From assembly GCA_051362555.1 (NCBI GenBank), contig CM120645.1, positions 14,756,001-14,820,000 of the forward strand: a stretch of DNA of 64,000 nt, given 5' to 3'. The DNA is from Lingula anatina. Lineage: Eukaryota; Animalia; Brachiopoda. Below, piece after piece: positions 62,853 through 64,000 of the stretch (its first letter is position 1; each line of letters begins with the position of its first letter). The notes under the pieces were generated by a model that saw nothing but the letters and a program-made list of their open reading frames with translations, was not told the DNA's origin and did not search any database. The position numbers and the translations under genes are program-made.

Positions 62853-64000
62853 CTGAAAGAACAACCACAAAAGTTTCATATTAAGTCTCATTGTACTATA
62901 AATACAAGTCACATCAATAATTATACTAGCTTTTTATTTTGTCTTACAAACTGTCACATGTTTCCAACTCATATATGTCAAAACTAGCTAGCTATAGAAT
63001 GTATAGAATATATGCTGCCCCTGACTCCACACTGCCATATAAAATATTATTTTAATAAGTTTTGAAAAATTACAGAAAAGATGGATTTATAACCTGCTAT
63101 CCACAATAAATGAGATTTGCTGCCAAAAAAAAAAAAAAATTACTACAATTTATACCCAACCATTTTGTATAAACTCAATCCTGAAATGATCTCATCTCCT
63201 AAGATTGGGGGATTGTTTTCAAAGATATTCAAAACCATATTTTAAAATGAACCAACTTGTTGGTTTGTGAAGGACAAAGAACTGCCAGTTTCTGTATTCT
63301 GGTTGCTCAAAATGATTCCTCTTCATATTGAACTTCCTGGTACCGTAATTATTATAAATCCTTTCAATAGAAATGTTATGATTTCTATCTTTTGAAATTC
63401 TTATGTAATTTTGTTATATGCTGGAAAAACTGCAGCTTCTTCTTCAAAACCAAATATCCCATATGCCACAAAAGTTTCACAGGATTCAAACTAATGAAAA
63501 TGCTTCACAATGAAATTCTCTTGCAAGTAACAATTGCCAATTCCTGCTGCTGGTGATGATGACTTCACTGCACTATATCGACATAAGAGATAGTGCTTGC
63601 AGACAGCAGTAACTGTACTTAAGCTTACAAATGATCTCTCATTGTCCCAGTATAGTTTCAATTCAGAAAGCCTAAATTAAAAGTCATAATCAGAAAAACC
63701 TCATTAAATCAGTCAGCATACAGTTACTGGATGCACAGCTTTCCCACGGTATTTTCACTGACACAGGCAGTCTTTTTTATTACTGTTACAGTGTACAGGG
63801 TGACTGCAAAAGTTTGTACCACCTAAAAAAGCAAACCAGCACTTCCTACTTACTTCAAAATCTGATTTTCAGGTTTGAATGAAAAAAATTAAGCTTAGCC
63901 TAATAATTAGTTACTTAAGCAAGTAACTTTAAGTAATTAAGGCCCAAAATGTTATTCCATGGTTGAATTCCATTCAAACTGTGTATAATCATAGTGTGAA

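Noticed and set aside
63170-63760. Coding-like stretch on the minus strand
   Set aside because: Interrupted by stops with no recognisable motif; possibly a decayed transposon, unsupported

Overview
AT-rich, intron-containing animal DNA, probably a marine invertebrate (inference). Three spliced genes were reconstructed by hand. (1) + strand 637-16900: a large adhesion GPCR (2 cadherin, FN3, about 39 EGF, HRM, GAIN/GPS, 7TM, C-terminal PDZ ligand). (2) - strand 25879-28645: a mucin-stalk single-pass receptor with a Tyr-motif-rich tail. (3) - strand 40779-62852: the 3' half of a PEST-family (PTPN12/18/22-like) phosphatase whose introns hold nested transposons and satellites. The main discovery is a co-oriented cluster of 9 small-RNA-like genes, plus one decayed copy, at 12.7-24.4 kb. 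Each is about 85-100 nt, with its own fixed-spacing snRNA-type promoter, a roughly 22-nt 5' segment, a splice-donor-like site at the base of a covarying hairpin, an Sm site and a 3' hairpin. The 5' segment of one copy is 23/23 identical to the core of a 161-bp tandem repeat inside a Helentron-type element in the phosphatase intron, and is antisense to that pre-mRNA. The candidates are a repeat-directed Sm-class guide RNA family or a divergent spliced-leader RNA family. Nothing here was database-checked, and RNA 5' ends are estimates.
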